DNA of 64,000 nt from Longimicrobiales bacterium (GTDB lineage Bacteria > Gemmatimonadota > Gemmatimonadetes > Longimicrobiales > Gaopeijiaceae): the NCBI GenBank assembly GCA_965249725.1, contig CBDFMQ010000001.1, positions 320,001 to 384,000 of the forward strand, given 5' to 3'. The position numbers were made by a program, and so were the translations under genes. The notes below the pieces were generated by a model. That model did no database searches. It was not told the DNA's origin and saw only the letters and a program-made list of their open reading frames with translations. Below are positions 1 through 19,601 of this stretch, one piece after another (within the stretch, counting starts at the first letter, position 1; every line of letters begins with the position of its first letter).

Positions 1-1011
1 GACGGCACCTGCAGCATCCCGGAGGATGAGATCTTCTCGGGTGGAGTCCGCCGTGACGGGATTCCAGCCTTGTCCGATCCGCCCCTCGTGAGCCCGGATC
101 ACCCCGACGCCACGTACGTGCGGTCATGGGATCGGGTGATCGGGATGGAGATCGACGACACCTACATCGCGGTTCCTCACAACATTCTGTGGTGGCACGA
201 AATCGTGAACTTCAGTGCGCTCTCGAAGCCGTTGGCCGTGACCTATTGCCCGTTGACTGGATCGAGCATGGTCTTCGACCGGACTGCCGCGGGTGGGGCG
301 GAATTCGGGGTGTCGGGGCTGCTCTTCCAGAACAACCTGATTCTGTACGACCGCTCCGAGGAGCAATCGCTGTGGCCGCAGATGTTGCGGGGTGCACGCT
401 GCGGACCGCGCGACGGCCAGCAGTTGGAGATGGTGCCTTCGATCGAGATGCGTTGGGACGCGTGGGTGGGATTGCATCCGGACACAAAGGTCATCGGAAT
501 CAGCAGCGGCCTCAACCGAAACTACCAGCAATACCCTTACGGAGACTACGAGAGCCTGAACAACGAGAGGACGTTGTTCCCGCAGGACAACTTCGACGGA
601 CGGCGTCCGCCCAAAGAGCGCGTGCTGGGGATTCCGTTTGCATCAGGCGGTGGGATGGCGTTCCCGTTCACGGCCCTGGACTCGGGGGGAGACCGGTTGG
701 TGGTGCACTCCCAGGCCGAAGGCGACGACATCGTCGTCTTCTGGGACCGCGACTCCAAGGCGGCCGTGGCGTTCGAGGCCACGCTCGACGGTCAGGCGTT
801 GGAGTTCGAGCTCTCCGAGGGACGCTACGTGGACCTCGAAACCGGGAGCGAGTGGACCCTGGACGGTCGCGCGATCTCGGGAGCCTTGGAGGGGCGGCGA
901 CTCGTCCAGATATCGGACGCGTACGTGGCGTTCTGGTTCGCATGGGCCGCCTTCGTTCCCGGCACGGATCTTTGGCTATCCCAGAGGCCCGTTCCCGGGC
1001 TGACGAACTAG
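1..1011 (+). CDS. DUF3179-type protein, 5'-truncated by the window edge
   Basis: Frame is open from base 1 (..IFSGGVRRDGIPAL..); family motifs HEIVN, TYCPLTGS, FGVSGLL..NLILYDR..SLWPQ, FWFAW. Confidence 0.8.
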   Translation, partial: DGTCSIPEDEIFSGGVRRDGIPALSDPPLVSPDHPDATYVRSWDRVIGMEIDDTYIAVPHNILWWHEIVNFSALSKPLAVTYCPLTGSSMVFDRTAAGGAEFGVSGLLFQNNLILYDRSEEQSLWPQMLRGARCGPRDGQQLEMVPSIEMRWDAWVGLHPDTKVIGISSGLNRNYQQYPYGDYESLNNERTLFPQDNFDGRRPPKERVLGIPFASGGGMAFPFTALDSGGDRLVVHSQAEGDDIVVFWDRDSKAAVAFEATLDGQALEFELSEGRYVDLETGSEWTLDGRAISGALEGRRLVQISDAYVAFWFAWAAFVPGTDLWLSQRPVPGLTN

Positions 1012-1149
1012 AGGCGGCCACCCCGGTACCCCGGTGGATCGCCCCACAAAGGGGTGGCGTCCTGTTCTCGCTCGCCACAGCTTATCCAACCGAGTCCGCG
1101 TCGGAGACTCCTCCGAACCTCAAACGATCAGTCGCTCCGCCTGGCACCC

Positions 1150-3204
1150 ATGCCCGTAGACCCCAATCCCCTCCTTCTGGAAGTCGAGCGAGCGCCCTTC
1201 GATCAGATCGAGGCGTCTCACGTGGTGCCGGGTGTACGTCAGATTCTGAGTGATGCGCGCGCGGCCATCGAAGAGCTTTGCTCGAGACCTCTCCCACCGA
1301 CCTATGAGGATACGATCCGGCGTCTCGACGACGTGATGGAAAGAGTGAAGACGCGGGTCGGTCCTGTGACACATCTTCTGTCCGTTGCTGAAACGCCAGA
1401 GCTTCGGGAGGCCTTCAATGAGGTGCTGCCCGAGATCACCGAGTTCTGGACTCGTATCACGTTGAACGAGGTGTTGTGGAGCCGCCTGAAGTCCTTCGCC
1501 GAGACCGCTGAGGGAGAGGGGCTCGATGGCATCCGGAAGCGCCACCTCGAGACGGTGTTGAGGGATTTCCGTAGGGCCGGCGCCGACTTTAGGGCCGGCG
1601 CCGACCTCTCGCCCGAGGGTAAGGACCAGCTCAGTGCCGTTCGCCTGGAAATCTCCCAACTCCAGCGCAAGTTCTCGGAGAACGTCCTCGATGCCACCAA
1701 TGCCTACACTCTGTTGGTGACGGACGAGGCCCGCCTCGATGGAATTCCGGTCGCGGACCAAGAACAGGCGAGGCAGAAGGCCAGCGATATCGGCAGGCAG
1801 GGCTGGCTTCTCACCCTCGATTATCCATCGTTCGAACCGGTCGTCAAGTACGCCACGGACGGGAGTCTGCGCAAAGAGCTGTTCGACGCCTATGTATCGC
1901 GCTGTCGTGACGGAGAGTTCTCCAATGTGGAAGCCATCCGTCGCCTCCTGGAGCTCCGAAGGGAGCTCGCCGAAGTACTGGGTTACTCCGACTTCCCGGA
2001 CTTCCGCCTCGAGGATCACATGGCGAAGACGGGACAGGCGGCGTTCGAGTTCGTCGAAGAGCTGACCGGCCGAACGCGTCCCTATTGGGAGCGCGATCAA
2101 GGGGAACTCCGGGAGCATGCGAAGGCGCTCGGCCTCGAGGACCTCTATCCTTGGGATGCGGCTTTCGTCAGTGAGGACCTGCGGCGTGCCCGCTACGACA
2201 TCGATGACGAGGTGATCCGGCCGTTCTTCCCGCTGGAGCGTGTATTGGACGGCCTGTTCGAGGTGGCGAGGCGTGTGTTCGGCCTTGCCGTGCAACCCCG
2301 TGAAATCAAAGAGGTCTGGCACCGGGACGTCCTCTTCTACGACCTGTTGGACGAGAACGACGGAACGCGCCTGGGGTCGTTTTACGCGGATTGGCATCCT
2401 CGTCGCGAAAAGCGACAGGGTGCCTGGATGAACGACCTGGCCACCGGAGGGCCGACCGAAGACGGCTTCCGGCCGCACATGGGGATCATCGCCGGCAATC
2501 TCACGCCCCCCAAGGGTGAGATTCCCTCTTTGCTGACGCATAGGGAGGTCGAGACGATCTTCCACGAGTTCGGGCACCTTCTCCACCACCTGACCTCACG
2601 TGTGCCCATCGCGCCGATGGCGGGCATCAACGTGGCCTGGGATTTCGTGGAACTCCCGTCACAGATCATGGAAAATTGGACGTGGGAGGAGGAGGCGCTG
2701 CCCCTCTTCTCGGGCCACTATGAGACGGGCGAGCCGCTCCCGGAGGAGCTCTATGCGCGACTCAAGCGGGCGCGCCGGTTCATGGGCGGCTGGAGGCAGA
2801 TGCGGCAGCTCGCGTTCGGTTTCCTCGACCTTCGACTTCATCGGGACGACGTGTTGCCGGCAGACGCAGACGTAATGGCGCGCATCGAGGAGCTTCTCGG
2901 GGGCTACATGCCGTGCCCGACCTTCGCGAGTGCCCACACGACGACGTCGTTCACGCACGTCTTCTCGGGTGGCTATGCGGCCGCCTACTACTCGTACTTA
3001 TGGTCCGAGGTGCTAGAGGCTGACGCGTTCGGGAGGTTCAAGGAGGAGGGCATCTTCAACCGCGAGGTCGGAAGGGCTTACCTGGACTGCATCCTGACCA
3101 GGGGTGACAGCGATGAGCCTGAGATCCTATTCCAGGATTTCATGGGCCGGGACCCCGATCAGCAGGCTCTTCTCGAGCGGAATCTCGGGCCGCCGCTGGA
3201 GTAG
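1150..3204 (+). CDS. M3 family oligopeptidase (oligopeptidase A-like)
   Basis: FHEFGHLLH zinc motif, WDFVELPSQIMENW, F.HVFSGGYAAAYYSYLWSEVL; ATG 1150 preferred over the upstream start. Confidence 0.92.
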   Translation: MPVDPNPLLLEVERAPFDQIEASHVVPGVRQILSDARAAIEELCSRPLPPTYEDTIRRLDDVMERVKTRVGPVTHLLSVAETPELREAFNEVLPEITEFWTRITLNEVLWSRLKSFAETAEGEGLDGIRKRHLETVLRDFRRAGADFRAGADLSPEGKDQLSAVRLEISQLQRKFSENVLDATNAYTLLVTDEARLDGIPVADQEQARQKASDIGRQGWLLTLDYPSFEPVVKYATDGSLRKELFDAYVSRCRDGEFSNVEAIRRLLELRRELAEVLGYSDFPDFRLEDHMAKTGQAAFEFVEELTGRTRPYWERDQGELREHAKALGLEDLYPWDAAFVSEDLRRARYDIDDEVIRPFFPLERVLDGLFEVARRVFGLAVQPREIKEVWHRDVLFYDLLDENDGTRLGSFYADWHPRREKRQGAWMNDLATGGPTEDGFRPHMGIIAGNLTPPKGEIPSLLTHREVETIFHEFGHLLHHLTSRVPIAPMAGINVAWDFVELPSQIMENWTWEEEALPLFSGHYETGEPLPEELYARLKRARRFMGGWRQMRQLAFGFLDLRLHRDDVLPADADVMARIEELLGGYMPCPTFASAHTTTSFTHVFSGGYAAAYYSYLWSEVLEADAFGRFKEEGIFNREVGRAYLDCILTRGDSDEPEILFQDFMGRDPDQQALLERNLGPPLE

Positions 3205-3251
3205 GCCGTCGAGTTCTCCTCGCCGTCGTGGAAAACCGGGCTTTTCGGGCC

Positions 3252-3280
3252 TTGATGACGGTTTATCGAGTGGTTAGCTT
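3252..3280 (+). promoter_or_regulatory. Putative sigma70 promoter of the tRNA-tuf operon
   Basis: TTGATG-17nt-TAGCTT upstream of tRNA-Tyr. Confidence 0.6.
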
Positions 3281-3357
3281 ATCAAGCTCGCCTGGAAAAG
3301 GCCGCCTATGTGAGGCGGCTTGCTTTGTTCCGGGGTAGAGGCCTCGAAGCCGTAGCC

Positions 3358-3439
3358 GGTGGGGTACCGAAGCGGTCAAACGGGGCAGACTGTAAATCTG
3401 CTGGCTTAGCCTTCGTAGGTTCGAATCCTACCCCCACCA
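3358..3439 (+). tRNA. tRNA-Tyr(GTA)
   Basis: GGTGGGG/CCCCACC acceptor stem, GCAGA-CTGTAAA-TCTGC anticodon arm, long variable arm, GTTCGAATC T loop; CCA not encoded. Confidence 0.96.
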
Positions 3440-3466
3440 CTTGAGTCCCTTGAGAACGATGGCTTT

Positions 3467-3540
3467 GCGGGAGTAGCTCAGTTGGCTAGAGCATCAGCCT
3501 TCCAAGCTGAGGGTCGCGGGTTCGAGTCCCGTCTCCCGCT
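3467..3540 (+). tRNA. tRNA-Gly(TCC)
   Basis: GCGGGAG/CTCCCGC acceptor stem, TCAGC-CTTCCAA-GCTGA anticodon arm, GTTCGAGTC. Confidence 0.96.
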
Positions 3541-3553
3541 CTATACGGATGGC

Positions 3554-3625
3554 GCTCCGATAGCTCAGTGGTAGAGCGCCTCCTTGGTAAGGAGGAGGTC
3601 CCGGGTTCAAATCCCGGTCGGAGCT
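3554..3625 (+). tRNA. tRNA-Thr(GGT)
   Basis: GCTCCGA/TCGGAGC acceptor stem, CCTCC-TTGGTAA-GGAGG anticodon arm, GTTCAAATC. Confidence 0.96.
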
Positions 3626-3703
3626 CTGTAGGAGCTTTGTAGGAGCTTTGTAGGTGTTGCGGGCACACAACTAAGGAAGCGGTCAAACCCAACGAGGGGA
3701 ATA

Positions 3704-4894
<1,191 letters not shown>

Positions 4895-4896
4895 GT

Positions 4897-4990
4897 AGGG
4901 ATTCGCATTTGATCGCGCCGCGACTCGGAGCTAACGCAGCTGCCGCTTCGCGGCAGACCCTCGCTGCGGCGCGATCAAATCCGAATCCCT
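4897..4990. repeat. Branched palindromic element (25-bp terminal inverted repeat plus inner hairpin)
   Basis: AGGGATTCG-c-ATTTGATCGCGCCGC ... GCGGCGCGATCAAAT-c-CGAATCCCT, enclosing CTGCCGC-TTC-GCGGCAG. Confidence 0.85.
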
Positions 4991-5075
4991 CGGACATAGC
5001 GAGATATCCGGGAAGGCGCCCAACAGTGCGCTCGCTTCCGGACGCTTACTGAGGGCTTTGGCGGGAAAATAGAGA

Positions 5076-5228
5076 ATGGCTAGAGATAAGATCATCCTCG
5101 CTTGCACGGAATGCGAGGAGCGGAACTACAGCACGAAGAAGAACAAGCGGCTGCATCCGGAGCGGGTGGAGCAGCGCAAGTATTGCCCGCGGTGCAAGAC
5201 GCACACGGCGCACAAAGAGACTAAGTAA
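5076..5228 (+). CDS. rpmG: 50S ribosomal protein L33 (Zn-binding type)
   Basis: Translated by hand (absent from the ORF track): [50 protein letters not shown]. Confidence 0.96.
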   Translation: MARDKIILACTECEERNYSTKKNKRLHPERVEQRKYCPRCKTHTAHKETK

Positions 5229-5231
5229 CAC

Positions 5232-5444
5232 ATGGCTATAGGCGAGAAAATTACGAGCACTCGGGACTTCGTCGAGGAGTGCTGGGAGGAGTTGGGTAAG
5301 GTTACCTGGCCCGACTACGATCAGCTCAGGAGTGCTACCCTGGTGGTTATCGCCTTCGTGATCCTCATCTCGGGTATCATCTGGATGATGGATGTGGCTT
5401 CCCGGACGGTGATCGGCTTCATCATGGGCATCTTCGGCGCTTGA
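5232..5444 (+). CDS. secE: Preprotein translocase SecE
   Basis: ELGKVTWP motif, single TM helix, position before nusG. Confidence 0.95.
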   Translation: MAIGEKITSTRDFVEECWEELGKVTWPDYDQLRSATLVVIAFVILISGIIWMMDVASRTVIGFIMGIFGA

Positions 5445-5455
5445 GTGAGACGCGC

Positions 5456-6004
5456 ATGATCATGACCTACTCGAAGTGGTATGCGATTCAGACCTATTCG
5501 GGGCATGAGAACAAGGTCCAGAAGCTCATCCAGCGTCGGATTGAAGAAGAGGTCGACGAGGACGCGAGAGAGATCCGCGACGTCGTTGTTCCGACTCAGG
5601 ACGTGGTCGAGATCCGCAACGGAAAGCGGGTTACGGTCACGAAGCGTCTTTACCCTGGATACGTGTTGGTGAACATGGACCTCAACGAAAGGACCATGCA
5701 CACCATCAACAACATCCAGGGCGTCATCAAGTTCGTAGGTGCCGGAAAGGCGCCCCAGCCTCTACACGAGGAAGAGATCAACAAGATTCTCGGAATCGAG
5801 GTGGAGAAAGAGGACGACGGCACTCAGGAGGAGATCCCCTTCCACGTCGGTCAGGTCGTCGAGGTCACGCAGGGTCCGTTCAGTGACTTCTCCGGCACGA
5901 TCCAAGAGGTCTACGCGGAAAAGGGCAAGGTCAAGGTCGAGGTGTCGCTCTTCGGGCGACCGACTTCGGTGGAATTGGATTACACGCAGCTGAAGGGCTT
6001 CTAG
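5456..6004 (+). CDS. nusG: Transcription termination/antitermination factor NusG
   Basis: WYAIQTYSGHENKV, YPGYVLV, KOW domain; start could be 5441, 5456 or 5462. Confidence 0.96.
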   Translation: MIMTYSKWYAIQTYSGHENKVQKLIQRRIEEEVDEDAREIRDVVVPTQDVVEIRNGKRVTVTKRLYPGYVLVNMDLNERTMHTINNIQGVIKFVGAGKAPQPLHEEEINKILGIEVEKEDDGTQEEIPFHVGQVVEVTQGPFSDFSGTIQEVYAEKGKVKVEVSLFGRPTSVELDYTQLKGF

Positions 6005-6036
6005 AGGCCCTGGCGGCAACGTCTCGGGATTAGAAA

Positions 6037-6462
6037 ATGGCGAAGAAGGTCATCGGTTTCATCAAGCTCCACGTTACGGGCGGCCAGGCGAACCCTGCGC
6101 CCCCCGTCGGCCCCGCACTGGGCCAGCACGGCGTGAACATCATGGAGTTTTGCAAGCAGTTCAACTCCAAGACTCAGCAGCAGCCCGGGGTGACGATTCC
6201 GGTGGAGATCACGGTCTATGCTGACCGGTCCTTCACGTTCATCACCAAGACTCCGCCCGCCTCTTTCCTCATCAAGAAGGCCGCCGGCCTGCAGAAGGCT
6301 TCGGGTGAACCCAACCGCGAGAAGGTGGGCAAGGTCAGCCGGAAACAGTTGGAAGAGATCGCCGAGACCAAGTGGGTAGATCTGAATACGCAGGACATGG
6401 ACGCAGCAGTCCGGATGCTATCCGGCACCGCCCGCTCCATGGGCATTGAAGTTGGAGGATAA
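6037..6462 (+). CDS. rplK: 50S ribosomal protein L11
   Basis: [23 protein letters not shown]. Confidence 0.98.
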   Translation: MAKKVIGFIKLHVTGGQANPAPPVGPALGQHGVNIMEFCKQFNSKTQQQPGVTIPVEITVYADRSFTFITKTPPASFLIKKAAGLQKASGEPNREKVGKVSRKQLEEIAETKWVDLNTQDMDAAVRMLSGTARSMGIEVGG

Positions 6463-6647
6463 CAATACGTAAATCGCCATAAAGGACTTCAGCGGGTCGT
6501 TCGGGATCTTCCCACAGCGACCATCTGAGAGCGAAGCGAACAGCAGGGAGCGAGGAGAAGATACCGCTCGATCCCGCTGCCACAGTCCGCTGACCACCTG
6601 GTGTGAGCCGCCACGGGTGGGAGGATGAACAAGCCGGCTCTAGAGCC

Positions 6648-7349
6648 ATGCCAAAACACGGTAAGAGATTCCGTGACGCCAGGGCCAAGGTGCCTGTAGG
6701 CGTCCAGTTCAAGCCCGACGAGGCGGTCCAGATGGTCAAGGATCTCGCGTCGGCGAAGTTCGACGAGACCGTCGAGGTCGCAACCTGTCTGAACGTCGAT
6801 CCCAGGAAAGCCGATCAGATCGTTCGAGGTACAGTCGTACTCCCCCACGGCACCGGTAAGACCGTTCGGGTGCTCGTGATCGCCCAGGGCGAAAAGGAGA
6901 CCGAGGCTACCGAGGCGGGCGCCGACTATGTGGGCACGGAGTACGTCGACAAGATCCAGCAAGGTTGGATCGATTTCGACGTGTGTGTCGTCACGCCGGA
7001 TCTCATGGGCAAGGTTGGCCCGCTCGGCCGCATTCTCGGTCCACGCGGACTCATGCCGACTCCCAAGAGCGGTACCGTGACGTTCGATGTCGGTCGTGCA
7101 GTCAAAGAGATCAAGGGCGGTAAGATCGAGTATCGCGTCGACAAAACCGGGAATGTGCACTGCCCCATCGGACGCGTGTCGTTCGAGCCGGACCAGCTGA
7201 ACGACAACCTGGGCGCCATCATGGACTCGATCGTTCGTGCCAAGCCGTCAGCGGCCAAGGGCACTTATGTGAAGAGCGTGACGATTTCGAGCACGATGGG
7301 GCCTGGCGTTGCGATTGATCCAAACCTGTTTCTTCGCCGGAGCCTATAG
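6648..7349 (+). CDS. rplA: 50S ribosomal protein L1
   Basis: MPKHGKR start, [18 protein letters not shown]. Confidence 0.98.
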   Translation: MPKHGKRFRDARAKVPVGVQFKPDEAVQMVKDLASAKFDETVEVATCLNVDPRKADQIVRGTVVLPHGTGKTVRVLVIAQGEKETEATEAGADYVGTEYVDKIQQGWIDFDVCVVTPDLMGKVGPLGRILGPRGLMPTPKSGTVTFDVGRAVKEIKGGKIEYRVDKTGNVHCPIGRVSFEPDQLNDNLGAIMDSIVRAKPSAAKGTYVKSVTISSTMGPGVAIDPNLFLRRSL

Positions 7350-7880
7350 ATGAATCGCACGGAAAAAGAAGCCTTCGTCGCGGACTTCCGCGACAAGGTC
7401 GGACAGGCTCCGGTCATGTACCTCACCGACTTCACCGGACTGGATGTGAAGTCGATGACCACGCTGCGGCAGAACCTCAAGGATTCCGGGGCCGAGTACC
7501 TGGTGGTGAAGAACCGCCTGGTTAAGCTTGCCCTGGAAAACCTCGACCTGCCCGACATCACCGAGGTCCTCCTCGGCCCCACCGGGGTCGTGTTGGGCTA
7601 CGAGGGAGTCGTCGAGCCTGCGAAGATCATCAGTGACTTCGCCAAGGAGCACGACGACAAGCCGGTGTTCAAGCTCGGCGTTCTCGACAACAAAGTGGTT
7701 TCGGCCGACGAGATTAAGCGTCTGGCCAAGCTGCCTCCCAGGGAGCAGTTGCTCGCCGAGTTGGCCGGAGCCCTCGAGGCGCCGATGGCCATGCTGGCGA
7801 CCGCTCTGGAGGGCAAGCTCCAGGAGATGTCTGGTCTGCTGGATGCATACAAGCAGCAGAAGGAGGCCGAGGGGGAATAG
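7350..7880 (+). CDS. rplJ: 50S ribosomal protein L10
   Basis: VVKNRL, LAKLPPREQLLA; synteny. Confidence 0.97.
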   Translation: MNRTEKEAFVADFRDKVGQAPVMYLTDFTGLDVKSMTTLRQNLKDSGAEYLVVKNRLVKLALENLDLPDITEVLLGPTGVVLGYEGVVEPAKIISDFAKEHDDKPVFKLGVLDNKVVSADEIKRLAKLPPREQLLAELAGALEAPMAMLATALEGKLQEMSGLLDAYKQQKEAEGE

Positions 7881-7962
7881 CCTCCTGGCATATCAGGTAA
7901 CAACCGGGAATTCACACCCAGCCCTGGGCAGAGACAGGGTGAACTAGGAGAGAGCCACGATC

Positions 7963-8343
7963 ATGGCTACCAATCAAGAAGAGCTTCTCGAGACCATTGG
8001 CAACATGACCGTCCTCGAGCTGTCGGAGTTCGTCGACGCGTTCAAGGACAAGTTCAACGTCACCGCCATGGCCGCCCCCGTAGCCGTTGCAGGCGCGCCT
8101 GCAGCCGGTGGTGCCGAGGCTGCCGAAGAGCAGGATGAGTTCGACGTCGTTCTCGAAGGCATTGGCGACAAGAAGATCCAGGTGATCAAGGTGGTCCGTG
8201 AGGTCACGAGCCTGGGCCTGAAGGAAGCCAAGGAAGTCGTCGACGGAGCCCCCAGCACCGTAAAAGAGGCCGTCACGAAGGACGAGGCGGAGCAGATCAA
8301 GGCGAAGCTGGAGGAGCAGGGCGCTACGGTAGCCCTGAAGTAG
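7963..8343 (+). CDS. rplL: 50S ribosomal protein L7/L12
   Basis: Ala-rich hinge, [23 protein letters not shown]. Confidence 0.98.
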   Translation: MATNQEELLETIGNMTVLELSEFVDAFKDKFNVTAMAAPVAVAGAPAAGGAEAAEEQDEFDVVLEGIGDKKIQVIKVVREVTSLGLKEAKEVVDGAPSTVKEAVTKDEAEQIKAKLEEQGATVALK

Positions 8344-8548
8344 GTCACGCCTGTGACGTTACCTCTCGGCTCGGCTGAGAGTCACAAGGTGAGACCCGCC
8401 AGTTTTCGGGATGATCACCAAAGTGCCAACTCGCGTCGGCCCCTGGAGACGTACGCGTATGTCTCTGGGGTCCGTTCGCTTCTTCTGTTATTGAACACGT
8501 GCTCGTTCGGCCTCTCCTCGGGGTTCGGGCCGACAAAGGGGGCAACCC

Positions 8549-12745
<4,197 letters not shown>

Positions 12746-12748
12746 ACG

Positions 12749-17047
<4,299 letters not shown>

Positions 17048-17055
17048 GTGATGGG

Positions 17056-17157
17056 GGAGAGTATCGTCGTCTTCCGCTCCGCGCGGACGCTACGCTCTGC
17101 GGCGTTGCCGCAGACGCCGGGCTTCAACCGCGCTTCGGGAAGGCGACGATCCTCTCC
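17056..17157. repeat. Branched palindromic element after rpoC
   Basis: GGAGAGTATCGTCGTCTTCC ... GGAAGGCGACGATCCTCTCC (18/20 complementary), enclosing TCTGCGGC-GTT-GCCGCAGA. Confidence 0.75.
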
Positions 17158-17248
17158 TCGATCATCTTGTCGGCGTTACGCTGCAACAAGCCGGTAGCAG
17201 GCTTCGCAGGATCTTCCATGTTGGCTTTGAGCGGGGGCGTATAGATCC

Positions 17249-18430
17249 ATGCGCGCCGATCCAGCGATTGACTTTCTTGCCGATGTGTTGGCGGGTCGCA
17301 CACCCTTGGAGCTTGGACCGGCGGGGGCCGATCGGGATCGTACGGTCGAGCTGCTGGGCTTTCACCGACTGATGGGGCTCTGGTACTCGGAGGTGCGCGC
17401 GGCGGGGACCGACCCGGCGGCGGGCCTGGAGCCGGAGCTGGCCGAGAGCCTGAGAGACCAGTACCTGCGGACCGGGTTTCACTCCACTCTGGTCGTCGAG
17501 TCTGCTGAGCGTGCGCGGATGGCCCTTCAGGCTTCCGGGATTCCCTCCATCGCGTTCAAGGGTGTCGCTCTGCTCCAGAACGGGACGTACAAAGAGCCGG
17601 CCCGCCGGAGCCTGGACGACGCGGACCTTCTGGTCCCTGAGGACTCGGCGGGCGCTGCGGTGAAGGCACTTCAGTCCGTGGGCTTCGACCCCTGGGTGGA
17701 ATGGGATGAATCCCGTGTCGGGTGGCTGCCGGCCTTCACCTTTGCGGACACGCGGGCCCCGGAGGGCATGCCGGTCTCTCTCGACCTCCATTGGCGTACG
17801 CCCTACGCGTCGTTTCGAAGCGGATCGGACGTAGACCCACAGGTGTTGTGGGAGGGGGCGGACGTCGAGGCGGGGCTGCCGGCCGAAGAGCCGCACTTCC
17901 TGCTCCTGATCGAGCATTTTCTGAAGCACCTACGGGTGGTGACCCATGCGAGAGCGATCGGGGACATGGTTCGGTCGCTGGACCGAGTTGCCAGGCCCGA
18001 ACTCCTGGTCACCCTCGCGGATCGGCGGGGGAGCCTTCGCGGTCTGCGGGTAATGCTAGCCTTTCTGAGGGACGACCTGGAGGTCCCGGTGCCGGACCCC
18101 ATACTTTCGGGTGTCGGCGTGCCGGGGCGGATGCCGCGCGCCTCCTCCAGGTTCCTGAATCGGGCGCGCCTCTTCGGCACCGAGCCGGCTGTCACGGGCG
18201 GCCGAGTCCGAGGGCTGCGCGCACAGTGGGCGCTCGGCGGATCGCCGTTCTCGATACTGCGCGACGCCTTCGAAGTCGTCCTGCCCCCGAGGTCCTGGCT
18301 GGACCACCGCTATCCGGACGTCGCGGCCGGATGGAGCCGTCGACGTCTGCGTCACTTCAAGGCGGTGGGGGCGTGGCTGATCGGGCAGGGTGTGTCCCCG
18401 CTGTCTCCGAATCAGGAGTTCGAGGAGTGA
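17249..18430 (+). CDS. Nucleotidyltransferase family protein (NTP_transf_5-like)
   Basis: FKGVAL..Y..PARRSLDDADLLV and LDLHW motifs, typical of the uncharacterised nucleotidyltransferases found beside PqqD genes. Confidence 0.85.
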   Translation: MRADPAIDFLADVLAGRTPLELGPAGADRDRTVELLGFHRLMGLWYSEVRAAGTDPAAGLEPELAESLRDQYLRTGFHSTLVVESAERARMALQASGIPSIAFKGVALLQNGTYKEPARRSLDDADLLVPEDSAGAAVKALQSVGFDPWVEWDESRVGWLPAFTFADTRAPEGMPVSLDLHWRTPYASFRSGSDVDPQVLWEGADVEAGLPAEEPHFLLLIEHFLKHLRVVTHARAIGDMVRSLDRVARPELLVTLADRRGSLRGLRVMLAFLRDDLEVPVPDPILSGVGVPGRMPRASSRFLNRARLFGTEPAVTGGRVRGLRAQWALGGSPFSILRDAFEVVLPPRSWLDHRYPDVAAGWSRRRLRHFKAVGAWLIGQGVSPLSPNQEFEE

Positions 18431-19314
18431 GGGTCCGGTTCTCGTTCGAGGGTGCGATGACCGAAGTGCTGGTAGAGGCGACGACGCTCGCTCCCCAGGT
18501 CTCGGCGCTGTTTCCGGGAGGCCGGATCGAGGAGGCCGATGGGACTGAGGCGGAAGAGGGTGCAGCGGAAGGGGGTGTAGCCCCCGGCATGCGTGTCCTG
18601 CCCGAATCGGACGGGTTCGCTCTTCACGTGCAGGACGCGCGAGAGACGTTCGATTCCGTTCCCGACCTGCTGGCGGCGATCGAGTTCGCCGTAGTGAACG
18701 ACCTTCTCGCTCAAGATGTGGGGAGCACCCACCTGCATGCGGCAGGTGCGATGACCGAACGGGGCGCCGTGTTGGTCTCGGGTCCCTCGGGCGCCGGCAA
18801 GTCCAGCATGGCGTTGGCGTGGTCCTTGGCGGGACATCGACTCCTGGGCGACGATGTCGTACGCCTCGATGAGAACGGCTTGTTGGGACCCTTTCCCAAG
18901 CTGCTCAAGGTGGACCCGCTCCTGTTGCCGGAGCATGGGCTCGCCCCGGAGGATACTCCTGCTTGGGATCCCGAGGCCGACGAGGCGTGGTTCGACCCGA
19001 CGACTGCCGGCGGTTGGGCAAACAAGGGGAGTCGCGCGGCCGTCTTGGCCCGGATAGAGTATGGTGACTTGGAGAGGACGCAGATCCGAGAAGAAGAGGC
19101 GGGCGTAGGCCTTCGCATTCTCTTGGATTCGGTGCAGGCGACGGGCTTACGGAGAGAGGAGAGCATGGACCGCTTTATCGCCCTGTTGGAGGGTGTTCGG
19201 GTGTTCGATGTGCGTTACGCGTCGTCCCGAGATGCGGCCCGTGCGATCGCCGAGCTGGCCGAGGAGGCCGGAGAGTCGCCGACTCGGGTGTCGGAGACTC
19301 GGGTCGAGTCGTGA
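18427..19314 (+). CDS. HPr kinase-related P-loop kinase
   Basis: HLHAA..GAVLVSGPSGAGKSS..LLGDD; the GTG start overlaps the upstream stop (GTGA). Confidence 0.85.
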   Translation: MRVRFSFEGAMTEVLVEATTLAPQVSALFPGGRIEEADGTEAEEGAAEGGVAPGMRVLPESDGFALHVQDARETFDSVPDLLAAIEFAVVNDLLAQDVGSTHLHAAGAMTERGAVLVSGPSGAGKSSMALAWSLAGHRLLGDDVVRLDENGLLGPFPKLLKVDPLLLPEHGLAPEDTPAWDPEADEAWFDPTTAGGWANKGSRAAVLARIEYGDLERTQIREEEAGVGLRILLDSVQATGLRREESMDRFIALLEGVRVFDVRYASSRDAARAIAELAEEAGESPTRVSETRVES

Positions 19315-19601
19315 CCGGCTCCGGCATGCCCGCGAACGCGGGCCACCCGAGGGTGAGGGACGACGCGGTCTTTCGGTCTCTCGGAACGGAGTGGGTGGTG
19401 TATGATCCCCGCACGCAGCTGCTGCACGTGCTGAACACCACGGCGGCTCTCGTCTGGTCGTCCTGTGACGGCTCTCGGTCACCCGAGGACATCGCACGTG
19501 AGTTGACCGAGGTCCTGTCCGAGGCTCCTTCCGGGGATCTCGTCCTCGAAGAGGTGCGCGAGACGATCGACGGATTCCGAGGCCAGGGACTGCTCGAGTG
19601 A
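19311..19601 (+). CDS. PqqD-family RiPP recognition element (RRE)
   Basis: 96 aa; EWVVYDP....HVLNTTAALVWSSCDGSRS.EDIA..L...V...I..F...GLLE. Confidence 0.9.
   Translation: MTGSGMPANAGHPRVRDDAVFRSLGTEWVVYDPRTQLLHVLNTTAALVWSSCDGSRSPEDIARELTEVLSEAPSGDLVLEEVRETIDGFRGQGLLE

Noticed and set aside
1..1011. Selenoprotein reading of the DUF3179 gene
   Set aside because: No in-frame TGA in the visible portion; the motif has Cys (TYCPL).
4897..4990. Cryptic tRNA (e.g. the missing tRNA-Trp) after tuf
   Set aside because: No D/T-loop consensus or 7-bp acceptor geometry; it is a long inverted repeat.
6600..6647. L1 autoregulatory site before rplA (GGGAG within a GAGCCG/CGGCTC stem)
   Set aside because: Plausible by position, but the kink-turn consensus could not be confirmed by eye.
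17722..18426. 530-aa version of the kinase ORF
   Set aside because: The upstream part overlaps the nucleotidyltransferase in another frame and is low-complexity; GTG 18427 fits the coupled-operon pattern.
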